Below are positions 26,415 through 35,767 of a stretch of 63,750 bases of DNA, one piece after another. The notes beneath the pieces are model-generated. The model saw nothing but the letters and a program-made list of their open reading frames with translations. It was not told the origin of the DNA and did no database searches. Origin of the DNA: Clostridia bacterium. GTDB lineage: Bacteria > Bacillota > Clostridia > Oscillospirales > CAG-382. Within the stretch, counting starts at the first letter, position 1, and every line of letters starts with the position of its first letter. The DNA lies in contig JAFQHW010000008.1 of assembly GCA_017397805.1 (NCBI GenBank), forward strand, positions 1 to 63,750. Reading direction: 5' to 3'. The position numbers were made by a program, and so were the translations under genes.

Positions 26415-27185
26415 TTGTTTATGGGATTATTTCATAAAAAGTCTAATCATGTCGCCTTTACCGGCGATGAGGACAAAAACAAGTTGCATAAAAACCTTGC
26501 GTTCACTGCAACCGAACAGTATAAATTATTAAGAGCCAACTTAGACTTTACTCTACCCGAAAACGAGAAGTGTCCTGTTATTGGTGTGACCAGTTCAATG
26601 CGTGGCGAAGGTAAGAGTACTACGGCCATTAATTTGTCTTACGTGCTTGCCGAAAGAGGCAGCAAAGTTCTGCTTATTGACGGCGACCTCAGAATACCTA
26701 CGGTCGCTAAGAAAATGGGTATAAAAGCAACCCACGGCCTTACCGATTTGCTCATCGGTAACGGTGCCCAGCTTTCCGAGTATCAGTCTGAGCAATTAAA
26801 AAATTGGTTCATTATACCTTCCGGTAAAATACCGCCCAATCCCTCCGAGCTGTTGGGTTCAAGCCGTATGGGCAGTATTTTGAGCAAGTTGAAGGAGTCG
26901 TTTGATTATATAATTATCGACTTGCCGCCTGTAAACATTGTTTCCGATGCTTTATCCGTAGCTAACAATATAACCGGTATGTTGGTTGTTATACGTGAGG
27001 ATTATACGGAGAAAAAGGAACTGGAGCGTTGCTTCAGACATTTGAAGCTTTCTAACGTGAGAGTTTTAGGTTGCGTTATGAACGAGTCTAAAAGCGGTAG
27101 CTCTACCTACAAAAAGTATAAGAAGTACAGATATTACAAGCGTTATTATACTTACGAAGGTGCATACGGCGAATATAAATCATGA
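26415..27185 (+). CDS. cpsD: BY-kinase (CpsD/CapB/EpsB tyrosine kinase)
   Basis: EQYKLLRAN, GEGKST, LLIDGDLRIP, PPNPSELL, IIIDLPP, C-terminal Tyr cluster. Confidence 0.9.
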   Translation: MFMGLFHKKSNHVAFTGDEDKNKLHKNLAFTATEQYKLLRANLDFTLPENEKCPVIGVTSSMRGEGKSTTAINLSYVLAERGSKVLLIDGDLRIPTVAKKMGIKATHGLTDLLIGNGAQLSEYQSEQLKNWFIIPSGKIPPNPSELLGSSRMGSILSKLKESFDYIIIDLPPVNIVSDALSVANNITGMLVVIREDYTEKKELERCFRHLKLSNVRVLGCVMNESKSGSSTYKKYKKYRYYKRYYTYEGAYGEYKS

Positions 27186-27877
27186 TAGATTGGCACACAC
27201 ATATATTGCCGCAGCTTGACGACGGCAGTAAAAGCGTTAAGGAAAGCGTTTTGCTTATTAACGACTTGCAGAGTCAGGGCGTTGATACGATAATTGCTAC
27301 TCCGCACTTCTATGCCAACGACGGAGACGTCAGCAGTTTTATAAAAAGGCGTAACGGTTCCTTTGCTAAATTGCAAAACGCTAATAATAGCGACGTAAGA
27401 TTGTTGCTTGGCGCCGAGGTTAGATATTATCCGGGCATAAGCCGTTTAGAAGACCTTGATAAGTTGCAAATAGATGATAGCGGTCTGCTTTTGTTGGAAA
27501 TGCCTACGGCTAAGTGGACGGAGTATATGCTCCATGAGCTTGAGCAGCTGGCATTGCTCCCAAATCTTAAGATCGTTATGGCGCATGTCGATAGGTATTT
27601 AAAAATTCAGCCATTTCAAGTCTTTGAGCGCCTTATTGAAAGCGGTATTCTTATGCAGGCGAATGCTGAGTTTTTTATAGATTTTTTCAGTAAACGCAAG
27701 GCTTTGCAGTTGCTGCAAAACGGTTTTATCAGGTTTTTGGGTTCGGATTGCCATGGGATTAAGATTCGACCGCCCGTTATCGGTAAAGCTTTTGGAGTAA
27801 TTGAGAATAAACTGGGAACAGATTTTGTTAACTATTTCAATGAGTATGGACGTTACATGCTCAAGTTAAATAAATAA
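27182..27877 (+). CDS. cpsB: PHP-family tyrosine phosphatase (CpsB/CapC)
   Basis: MIDWHTHILP.LDDG, IATPH, GAEV, AHVDRY, GSDCH. Confidence 0.9.
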   Translation: MIDWHTHILPQLDDGSKSVKESVLLINDLQSQGVDTIIATPHFYANDGDVSSFIKRRNGSFAKLQNANNSDVRLLLGAEVRYYPGISRLEDLDKLQIDDSGLLLLEMPTAKWTEYMLHELEQLALLPNLKIVMAHVDRYLKIQPFQVFERLIESGILMQANAEFFIDFFSKRKALQLLQNGFIRFLGSDCHGIKIRPPVIGKAFGVIENKLGTDFVNYFNEYGRYMLKLNK

Positions 27878-27900
27878 TATTGAATGAGAGGTTCAACGAG

Positions 27901-28575
27901 ATGAAGAAAATTAGTGCATTGATTTTTGCTTTTGCTGTTATGCTTTGTTTGAGTGTAACCGCGTTTGCAGCTCCCGGTGCTTTTTTAGAAAGTCCTTCTG
28001 CAAACTTAGGCCCTTCCTTGCATAGCTATGAAAACGAAGACGGTGACTGTACGGCAAACGTTATAGTTACTCCTTATTCAAAAAGAGGCTCTTTGCCTAC
28101 AGACGTAAAGGATAAGCTTGAAGCGGCGTATGAAGATATCGTTGAATCTACCGATTTGGCAAACTTAAGCGAAGAACTTAAAAATTTGGCTAAGGAAAAG
28201 GGTATTGATTCCGCAGCGCTTGCGGTTAGCGATTTGTTTGATATTTCCTATAGTGACTGTGTTGTGCATGACGAACACGGCTATTTTGATGTCGTTTTGA
28301 AGGCTGATACTTTAAGCCGTTTTACTGCCCTTTTGTCTAAAGGCGACAACGGTTGGGAGCTTATCGACAACGCTGAGGTTGCAATTATTGACGGACAATA
28401 TTACCTTAGATTTTCCATCGACACTTTTACTCCCTTAGCTATCGTTGTTGACACGAGCGCAGAAGCTCCCGATACCGGAGATGCCGATATGACTTGGGTA
28501 TATGTTTCTGCTATGGTTATTTCTCTTGCCGCTATAGTTGTTTTAGTTAGAAAAAGCAGAAAGCAGGAGGCATAA
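27901..28575 (+). CDS. Secreted, probably sortase-anchored cell-surface protein
   Basis: Sec signal ending TAFA; C-terminal APDTGD, then hydrophobic helix, then RKSRK tail. Confidence 0.7.
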   Translation: MKKISALIFAFAVMLCLSVTAFAAPGAFLESPSANLGPSLHSYENEDGDCTANVIVTPYSKRGSLPTDVKDKLEAAYEDIVESTDLANLSEELKNLAKEKGIDSAALAVSDLFDISYSDCVVHDEHGYFDVVLKADTLSRFTALLSKGDNGWELIDNAEVAIIDGQYYLRFSIDTFTPLAIVVDTSAEAPDTGDADMTWVYVSAMVISLAAIVVLVRKSRKQEA

Positions 28576-28608
28576 TTAAAGATTCAACATAAATGAAAGG
28601 GCAACGAT

Positions 28609-29604
28609 ATGGGAAAACACAGAAGTGCTAAAAAGAAGAGAATAAAATATAGTATTTTAGCACTTGCAATAGTGTTCTTTGTTGCTGTCGCCTTTTTAAT
28701 ATTGAACCTTTGGGACAAAAATCAGGGGAGATTCCCTTGGCAGTCTGAAGAAGAAAAGACTATCGTATATAACGGCGAAGAGTACGTGTTCAGTAAAAAC
28801 GTTTCCACTTTCCTTGTTTTAGGTCTTGATAAGTATGAAGGCGATTCAGACGTTGATTCCTATAACAATGATAACCAAGCGGATTTTTTGATGTTGTTGG
28901 TTTACGATAACGACAATAAGCAATGTACCGCGTTGCATATCAATAGAGACACAATGGCGGATGTAAACAGATTGGCCGTAAATGGCAATAAAATCGACAC
29001 CTTGAAGAAGCAGATTGCCCTTGCACATACATATGGCAACGGCAAAGCCGTTAGCTGCAGAAATACAGCCGACTCAGTTTCCATGCTTTTGCAAGATGTT
29101 AAAATCGACCATTATTTATCCTTGAAGTTAGATGCCGTTCCCGTTGTTAACGACCGCGTCGGCGGCGTAACTGTTGAAGTGTTGGACGATTTCACAGGCA
29201 TTGATGATGACCTTATTGTAGGTAATACGGTTACTTTGACCGGGGATCAAGCCTTGACTTACGTTAGGACCCGATACGGTCTTGAGGATAATACAAACAG
29301 CGGACGTATGGAGCGCCAGAAGCAGTATTTGGATTCTTTGTATTCGAAGTTTAAAGAGTGTGCCGCTAATGATAACGAGTTCATTGTGAAGGCGTCAATG
29401 GATGTTTCCGATTATTTGGTTTCGGATTGCTCCATAACTCAGCTTCAGAATTTGGCAGATAAGTTCTTGTCATATGAGTTTACCGGTATTCAAAGCTTAA
29501 AGGGTGAATCTGTACCGGGTGAACGGTTTATGGCGTTTTATCCGGATGAAGACGAGCTGACGAAAACGGTAGTTGAACTGTTTTGCCAACTCAAAAACAA
29601 TTGA
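28609..29604 (+). CDS. LCP (LytR-CpsA-Psr) family glycopolymer transferase
   Basis: N-terminal TM; FLVLGLD, ADFLML, INRDT, GGVTV, LTGDQALTYVRTR, RMERQKQY. Confidence 0.9.
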   Translation: MGKHRSAKKKRIKYSILALAIVFFVAVAFLILNLWDKNQGRFPWQSEEEKTIVYNGEEYVFSKNVSTFLVLGLDKYEGDSDVDSYNNDNQADFLMLLVYDNDNKQCTALHINRDTMADVNRLAVNGNKIDTLKKQIALAHTYGNGKAVSCRNTADSVSMLLQDVKIDHYLSLKLDAVPVVNDRVGGVTVEVLDDFTGIDDDLIVGNTVTLTGDQALTYVRTRYGLEDNTNSGRMERQKQYLDSLYSKFKECAANDNEFIVKASMDVSDYLVSDCSITQLQNLADKFLSYEFTGIQSLKGESVPGERFMAFYPDEDELTKTVVELFCQLKNN

Positions 29605-29616
29605 TTTTTAATCTTG

Positions 29617-29647
29617 AAAGGCAGTCACGAAGCGGTGACTGCTTTTT
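29617..29647 (+). terminator. Rho-independent terminator
   Basis: AAAGGCAGTCAC / GTGACTGCTTTT hairpin. Confidence 0.65.
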
Positions 29648-29712
29648 GTGTTGTTGACTTTTTCCGAAATAGTAGTATAATAAGACCAATAAACAAAAAA
29701 GAGGGTGTTTTT

Positions 29713-30438
29713 GTGTTTGATGCACTTGAGGTTAAAAATAGATGTGTAAATTGGATTAGAGATTTTTTTGAAGAAAACGGTAAGGGATGTAACGCAGTTC
29801 TGGGTATTTCGGGCGGCAAGGACAGCTCGGTAGCAGCGGCACTTTGCGTTGAGGCGCTGGGAGCTGACAGAGTTATAGGCGTTCTTATGCCTTGCGGTGT
29901 GCAAAACGATATTGATATGGCGGAAAAATTAGTAAATCACTTGGGTATTAAAAGCTTTGTTGTTAATATTAAAGATGCGGTTGATGGGGTAGTGAACAAC
30001 ATTCACGGTCTTGAGCTTAACGAGCAGGCAATAATTAACCTGCCGCCGAGAGTTCGTATGTCAACCGTCTATGCCGTAAGCCAAAGTCTTAACGGAAGAG
30101 TGGTTAATACTTGTAATCTTTCCGAGGATTGGATCGGTTATTCCACCAGATACGGAGATAGCGTAGGAGATTTTAGTCCTCTCTCTCGGCTCACCGTTAC
30201 CGAGGTAAAAGCTATAGGCAGAGTTTTGGGCTTGCCCGATGACCTGGTTGATAAGGTGCCTTCCGATGGCTTGTGCGGAAAAACGGATGAAGAAAAAATA
30301 GGATTCACATATTCTGTGCTTGATAAATATATACGCGAAGGCGTGTGTGACGACCCCGTAATAAAAGAAAAAATCGACATATTGCATAAGCGTAATTTGT
30401 TCAAACTGCAGCTTATGCCGTGTTTTGAGTTGGATTAA
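29713..30438 (+). CDS. nadE: NH3-dependent NAD+ synthetase
   Basis: GISGGKDS, NLPPRVRM, NLSEDWIGYSTRYGD, PSDGL; GTG start at 29713 after GAGGG. Confidence 0.9.
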   Translation: MFDALEVKNRCVNWIRDFFEENGKGCNAVLGISGGKDSSVAAALCVEALGADRVIGVLMPCGVQNDIDMAEKLVNHLGIKSFVVNIKDAVDGVVNNIHGLELNEQAIINLPPRVRMSTVYAVSQSLNGRVVNTCNLSEDWIGYSTRYGDSVGDFSPLSRLTVTEVKAIGRVLGLPDDLVDKVPSDGLCGKTDEEKIGFTYSVLDKYIREGVCDDPVIKEKIDILHKRNLFKLQLMPCFELD

Positions 30439-30462
30439 ATTGATAATATAAACCTTGTATTT

Positions 30463-30564
30463 TATAACCCACTGTATTCACGAGCGTTTTGACATCGCAG
30501 TGGCGGAAATCCGTCACTGAAAAGCGCACTTCAAATTATAATGCTTTGACTACGGTGGGTTATA
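30463..30564. repeat. 102-bp palindromic rod-like element (candidate MITE or ncRNA)
   Basis: 18-bp imperfect terminal inverted repeats (16/18) plus inner CAGTGGCGG-AAAT-CCGTCACTG hairpin. Confidence 0.55.
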
Positions 30565-30837
30565 TTGTGCTTTTATTGGGTTAACCGGAGAAATAATACA
30601 ATCTTTTGTTAATATTGTACATCGAAAATTGATATAAATACGATTTTTTTACATATAACCTCTTGATTTTTTGTCGAATTAAGTATATAATCAAGCCGTA
30701 TGTATTTTTTGTATGCTTACCGATAATTTTGTGTTTTTCTAAAATAAAGTACACCGATGATGCGGTTTTTGAATTTTTGATACCGCAATCCTCGGCAGAC
30801 AAGGCGCTTGCCTGTTTTTTGTTTTTGAGGTGTTGGT

Positions 30838-31416
30838 TTGAAGTCATTAGAAGAAAAGATTTTAAACGAGGGCAAAATTATGCCCGGTCATATACTCAAT
30901 ATAGGCTCATTCCTTAACCAACAAATTGATACTTGTTTTCTTATGGAAATGGGTAAGGAAGTTGCATCTTTGTATAAAGACAGCGGCGTAACTAAGGTTC
31001 TTACCATTGAGTCGTCGGGTATAGCTCTTGCAGTAGCTTCGGCGGCTGAACTAAAGGTTCCCGTGCTGTTTGCTAAAAAGCACCGTTCCGGCAATGTTGC
31101 AGGTGAAGTTTATAAGGCCAATATTCATTCTTATACTCACGGTAATGATTACGAGGCCGTCGTTCCCGCAAGCTTTTTGTGTGCAGACGATAAGGTGCTT
31201 TTGGTAGATGATTTTTTAGCAAGCGGTGAAGCGCTTAACGGTTTGATCAATTTGGTCGGTCAGGCTGGTGCTACTGTTGTGGGCGCTGCTATAGCCGTTG
31301 AAAAAGGCTTCCAAAAAGGCGGTGACGCTCTCCGCGAAAAAGGTATGAGGGTTGAGTCACTGGCCATTATCGATAAGTTTTTGGACGATACCGTTGAATT
31401 TCGTAAACAATTTTGA
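30838..31416 (+). CDS. xpt: Xanthine phosphoribosyltransferase
   Basis: SFLNQQID, LTIESSGI, FAKK, PRPP motif VLLVDDFLASG, VEKGFQKG. Confidence 0.9.
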   Translation: MKSLEEKILNEGKIMPGHILNIGSFLNQQIDTCFLMEMGKEVASLYKDSGVTKVLTIESSGIALAVASAAELKVPVLFAKKHRSGNVAGEVYKANIHSYTHGNDYEAVVPASFLCADDKVLLVDDFLASGEALNGLINLVGQAGATVVGAAIAVEKGFQKGGDALREKGMRVESLAIIDKFLDDTVEFRKQF

Positions 31417-31456
31417 TGTAATTTTAATTACATAAATTTATTTTTGGAGGAAAAAC

Positions 31457-32791
31457 ATGAAAAAATTTCTTTCCCTGCTCCTCGTTGCTCTTATGCTCGT
31501 TTCTATCGTAGCATGTGGCGGCAAAGATGATGAAACCAGTAGCGTAAATCCCGATTCTTCTCAAACCGTTAACGAGGAAAACGATGCCGTTTCCGCAGAT
31601 GTTGAATCTGATGATGCGGAATCTATCGACGTTGAGGCTTCTGAAGACCTTCCCAGCGTTCCTTCTCTTGAAGGCAAAGACCTTTCTGATCTTACTTTCG
31701 GTCTTATTTGTCTCCACGATGAGAACTCCACTTACGACAAGAACTTCATCCAGGCTATGTATGAAGCTCAGGAAGCACTTGGTCTCTCCGATGATCAGGT
31801 GAAGATAGTTACCAACATCCCCGAAGGCAGTGAGTGCTATGATGCAGCAGTTGAACTCGTTGAAGATTACGACTGTGACATCGTTTTTGCTAACTCCTTC
31901 GGTCATGAGACTTACATGATTCAGGCTGCTAAGGAATATCCCGAGGTTGAGTTCTGCCATGCAACCGGTACTATGGCTCACACCGAAAAGCTTGACAACT
32001 TCCACAACGCATTTGCTTCTATTTACGAAGGCAGATACCTTGCAGGTATTGCTGCAGGTCTTAAGCTTAACGAAATGATCGAAAACGGTGACATCACTGC
32101 TGACGAAGCAAAGATGGGTTACGTTGGTGCTTTCCCCTATGCAGAGGTTAAGTCCGGCTACACTTCCTTCTATCTTGGCGCTAAGTCCGTATGTCCTTCC
32201 GTAACTATGGACGTTAAGTTCACCAACAGCTGGTATGACGAAGCTCTTGAAAAAGAAGCAGCTCTCGCTCTTATCGATTCTGATTGCGTTCTTATAAGCC
32301 AGCACGCTGACTCTATGGGCGCTCCCTCCGCATGCGAACAGGCAGGCGTTCCCAACGTATCCTACAACGGCAGCACCGTTGAAGCATGCCCCAACACCTT
32401 TATCGTTTCTTCCAGAATCAACTGGGCTCCTTACTACGAATATATCGTAGCTTGCTGGGCAAACGACGTTGCTATTCCCGCTGACTGGTGCGGCGGCATC
32501 AACGAAGGTTCCGTAGTTCTTACCGATGTTAACTCCAAGGCTGCTGCTGAAGGCACCGTTGATGCTATCGAAGCTGCTAAGAAGGAAATCGTTGACGGCA
32601 CCCGTTACGTATTTGATACTGCTAACTTCACCGTAGCAGGCGAGAAGATCTCCTCTTACCTTGCAGACGTTGATACCGATGCAGCTTTCACAAAAGACAC
32701 CGAAGTTGTTAAGGATGGTATTTTTGTAGAGTCTATATACCGCAGTGCTCCTTACTTTGATATCGACATTGACGGTATTACCATTAAATAA
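31457..32791 (+). CDS. BMP family nucleoside ABC transporter substrate-binding lipoprotein
   Basis: Lipobox IVAC, acidic linker, NSFG, YEGRYLAG, GYVGAFP, SQHAD. Confidence 0.85.
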   Translation: MKKFLSLLLVALMLVSIVACGGKDDETSSVNPDSSQTVNEENDAVSADVESDDAESIDVEASEDLPSVPSLEGKDLSDLTFGLICLHDENSTYDKNFIQAMYEAQEALGLSDDQVKIVTNIPEGSECYDAAVELVEDYDCDIVFANSFGHETYMIQAAKEYPEVEFCHATGTMAHTEKLDNFHNAFASIYEGRYLAGIAAGLKLNEMIENGDITADEAKMGYVGAFPYAEVKSGYTSFYLGAKSVCPSVTMDVKFTNSWYDEALEKEAALALIDSDCVLISQHADSMGAPSACEQAGVPNVSYNGSTVEACPNTFIVSSRINWAPYYEYIVACWANDVAIPADWCGGINEGSVVLTDVNSKAAAEGTVDAIEAAKKEIVDGTRYVFDTANFTVAGEKISSYLADVDTDAAFTKDTEVVKDGIFVESIYRSAPYFDIDIDGITIK

Positions 32792-32807
32792 ACTTTGTTG
32801 CTATAAT

Positions 32808-32834
32808 AAGGCGGGACCTGATCCGTCCCGCCTT
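32808..32834 (+). terminator. Intra-operon stem-loop/terminator after BMP gene
   Basis: AAGGCGGGAC / GTCCCGCCTT. Confidence 0.6.
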
Positions 32835-32917
32835 GTTTAAATATTTAAAGTTAAAAACAGAGCCGAAGATATTCGACTTTGTTTTTGGTTTTAAGTTCAA
32901 AACACGGAGGTGCTTAA

Positions 32918-34525
32918 ATGTCCGACAATATAGCTATTGAGCTTAAAGGGATTACTAAGACTTTTGGCAGCATTGTCGCCAACGATAATGTTGACCTGAA
33001 GGTTTATAAAGGTGAAATACTGTCAGTGTTGGGTGAAAACGGTTGTGGTAAGACCACGCTTATGAATATGATTTCAGGAATTTATTTCCCCGACAAAGGC
33101 AATATTTACATTAACGGTGAAGAGGCGCATATTGCTTCTCCCAAAGATGCTCTAAATTATAAAATAGGTATGATACATCAGCATTTTAAGCTTGTTGATG
33201 TGTTTACTGCTGCCGAAAATATCGTTTTGGGCCTTAAAAAGGATTATAAGTCAGCAAACGGTAATTCAAGGTTTAAGACTATGTTCAAAACCGGTGCCGA
33301 TTTAGCTAAGGAAAGCATCGTTTCTCTTAGTAACAAGTACGGTTTTGATATAGACCCAGAAAAAAAGATATATCAGATGTCAGTTTCCGAAAAACAGACT
33401 GTTGAAATCATTAAGGTTTTATACAGAGGCGCCGATATACTGATCCTTGATGAGCCTACTGCCGTATTAACTCCGCAAGAGACGGAAAAGCTTTTTGAGA
33501 TCCTCAAAAAAATGAGAGATAGCGGAAAGTCAATTATTATAATCACCCATAAACTTCACGAGGTTATGGCAATTTCCGACAGAGTTACCGTTTTGTGTAA
33601 GGGTAAGCACGTAGATACGGTAAAGACTTCTGAAACAACACCGAACGCTCTTGCAGAGATGATGGTTGGTCAAAAACTTTCGCTTAATATCTATCGCGGC
33701 GATCCCGTAAACCCCGAAGAAAGACTTGTCGTTAAGAATCTTAACTGTGTAAGCAGGGAAGGCGTTAAGATCTTGGATGACGTATCCTTTACTGCTTATT
33801 CCGGCGAGATACTCGGTATTGCGGGTATTGCAGGTAGCGGACAGCGCGAACTGCTTGAATCTATCGCAGGTTTGCAAAAGGTCCATTCGGGCGAAATAAC
33901 GTATAATGACCCGACCACGGGAAAGGTCGAGAATTTGCGTGACAAAACTCCCATGCAAATCAGAAATTTGGGCGTAAGGCTTTCTTTTGTGCCGGAGGAT
34001 AGATTGGGTATGGGTCTTGTAGGTAATATGGACATCGTTGATAATATGATGCTTAGAACCTATGGTAAAGGCGGTCCCTTCTTCTTGCATCGCAAGAACC
34101 CCAAAAAGCTTGCAGAGGATATAGTGGAAAGACTCTCCGTTTCCACACCGGGCATATCTACTCCCGTTCGCCGTCTTTCCGGCGGTAATGTGCAAAAGGT
34201 TTTGGTAGGTCGCGAGATTGCGGCATCTCCTACCGTGTTGATGGCGGCGTACCCCGTAAGAGGGCTTGATATTAACTCGTCTTATATGATATACAATCTT
34301 TTGAACGAGCAAAAAGAAAAAGGCGTTGCAGTTATCTTCGTAGGTGAAGATTTAGACGTGCTCATCGAGCTTTGTGACAGAATTATGGTTATAGGTTCCG
34401 GGCATATCACGGGAATCGTGGACGGCAGACGAGCTGAAAAGAATGAGCTTGGTATACTGATGACGTCTTCAAAGAAGTATGATGAAAATTTAACGGATGA
34501 GGAGGGAACTACCGATGCAAATTAA
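32918..34525 (+). CDS. Nucleoside/sugar ABC transporter ATP-binding protein (tandem NBD)
   Basis: GENGCGKTT, ILDEPTAVLTPQE, VPEDR, LSGGNVQK. Confidence 0.9.
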   Translation: MSDNIAIELKGITKTFGSIVANDNVDLKVYKGEILSVLGENGCGKTTLMNMISGIYFPDKGNIYINGEEAHIASPKDALNYKIGMIHQHFKLVDVFTAAENIVLGLKKDYKSANGNSRFKTMFKTGADLAKESIVSLSNKYGFDIDPEKKIYQMSVSEKQTVEIIKVLYRGADILILDEPTAVLTPQETEKLFEILKKMRDSGKSIIIITHKLHEVMAISDRVTVLCKGKHVDTVKTSETTPNALAEMMVGQKLSLNIYRGDPVNPEERLVVKNLNCVSREGVKILDDVSFTAYSGEILGIAGIAGSGQRELLESIAGLQKVHSGEITYNDPTTGKVENLRDKTPMQIRNLGVRLSFVPEDRLGMGLVGNMDIVDNMMLRTYGKGGPFFLHRKNPKKLAEDIVERLSVSTPGISTPVRRLSGGNVQKVLVGREIAASPTVLMAAYPVRGLDINSSYMIYNLLNEQKEKGVAVIFVGEDLDVLIELCDRIMVIGSGHITGIVDGRRAEKNELGILMTSSKKYDENLTDEEGTTDAN

Positions 34526-35750
34526 ATCTTCCAGAGAACCTCTGTTCCATCTTGTTAAACGCGATAAAATTCCGTGGTGGAAGGCTTGGCTTATTCGAAT
34601 CGGAGCCATACTTTTGGCTCTTGTAGCTTGTGCTGTTATTTCTGAGCTTATAACCGGTGTTAAACCCAAGGATTTATTTACAACTATATTACATAGTTGG
34701 TTTGGCGACGCTGATTACAGAGAAAAATTCAGTATCGTTCAAAACAGAAAGTTTTGGATATTACTTCAGGAAACGGCTATACTTTTGTGCGTAGCCTTGG
34801 CAGTTACTCCTGCTTTTAAAATGCGCTTCTGGAATATAGGTGCCGAAGGTCAGGTGCTGATGGGCTGTCTTGCTTCCGCAGGATGTATGCTTTTGATCGG
34901 CGATAGCGTTTCTCCTTCCATGTTGCTTGTTATAATGTTCATCGCCGCTGTTGTGGCGGGTGCGATCTGGGCGATTATACCGGCTATATTCAAAGCGCAA
35001 TGGAACACCAACGAAACCTTGTTCACACTGATGCTGAATTACGTTGCTATGCAGATAGTTGCGTATTTTTGTATCGAATGGGCGCCCTCTAACGGCTCCA
35101 ACGTTGTTGGTGTTATTAACCGTGACTTGGAGACGGCGGATGGCGGCAATTACGGATGGTTGCCCAACATATTCGAGGGATTTGTTAAGGATGTGGAACG
35201 TCCCCGTATGCCTGAATACGCTCACATAATTTTGATCGTGCTGGTTCTTACGGCGTTGATGTTTATATATCTCAGATACAGCAAGCAAGGGTACGAAATA
35301 TCCGTTGTCGGTGAAAGCGAAAACACAGCAAGATACATAGGTATTAACGTAAAAAAGGTTATCCTTCGCACAATGCTGATTTCGGGTGCTATCTGCGGTA
35401 TAGCGGGCTTCCTTTTGGTTTCAGGCATAGAGCACACGATTGCTATGGATACCGTTGGCGGAAGAGGCTTTACTGCAATAATGGTTTCGTGGCTTGCGAA
35501 GTTTAATCCCTTTGTTATGATAGTAACGTCATTCTTGTTCGTGATCATGGATAGCGGTGCATCGAAGGTTGCAACGGATCTTAGAGTAAACGAGTCTTTT
35601 TCGGAAGTTTTAACGGCGTTGATCATTTTCTTTATAATCGGTTGCGAATTCTTTATCAATTATAAAATCGTTTTCTCTCGTCGTAACGGCAAGAAGCTTG
35701 TATCTGCTTCAAATGCGGTTACAAGCAGCGACAACGATAATAGTAAGTAG
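34515..35750 (+). CDS. Nucleoside ABC transporter permease
   Basis: WNIGAEGQ, NETLFTLMLNY, GYEISVVGE, GRGFTAI. Confidence 0.88.
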   Translation: MQIKSSREPLFHLVKRDKIPWWKAWLIRIGAILLALVACAVISELITGVKPKDLFTTILHSWFGDADYREKFSIVQNRKFWILLQETAILLCVALAVTPAFKMRFWNIGAEGQVLMGCLASAGCMLLIGDSVSPSMLLVIMFIAAVVAGAIWAIIPAIFKAQWNTNETLFTLMLNYVAMQIVAYFCIEWAPSNGSNVVGVINRDLETADGGNYGWLPNIFEGFVKDVERPRMPEYAHIILIVLVLTALMFIYLRYSKQGYEISVVGESENTARYIGINVKKVILRTMLISGAICGIAGFLLVSGIEHTIAMDTVGGRGFTAIMVSWLAKFNPFVMIVTSFLFVIMDSGASKVATDLRVNESFSEVLTALIIFFIIGCEFFINYKIVFSRRNGKKLVSASNAVTSSDNDNSK

Positions 35751-35767
35751 AAAGGACGGTTTGATTT

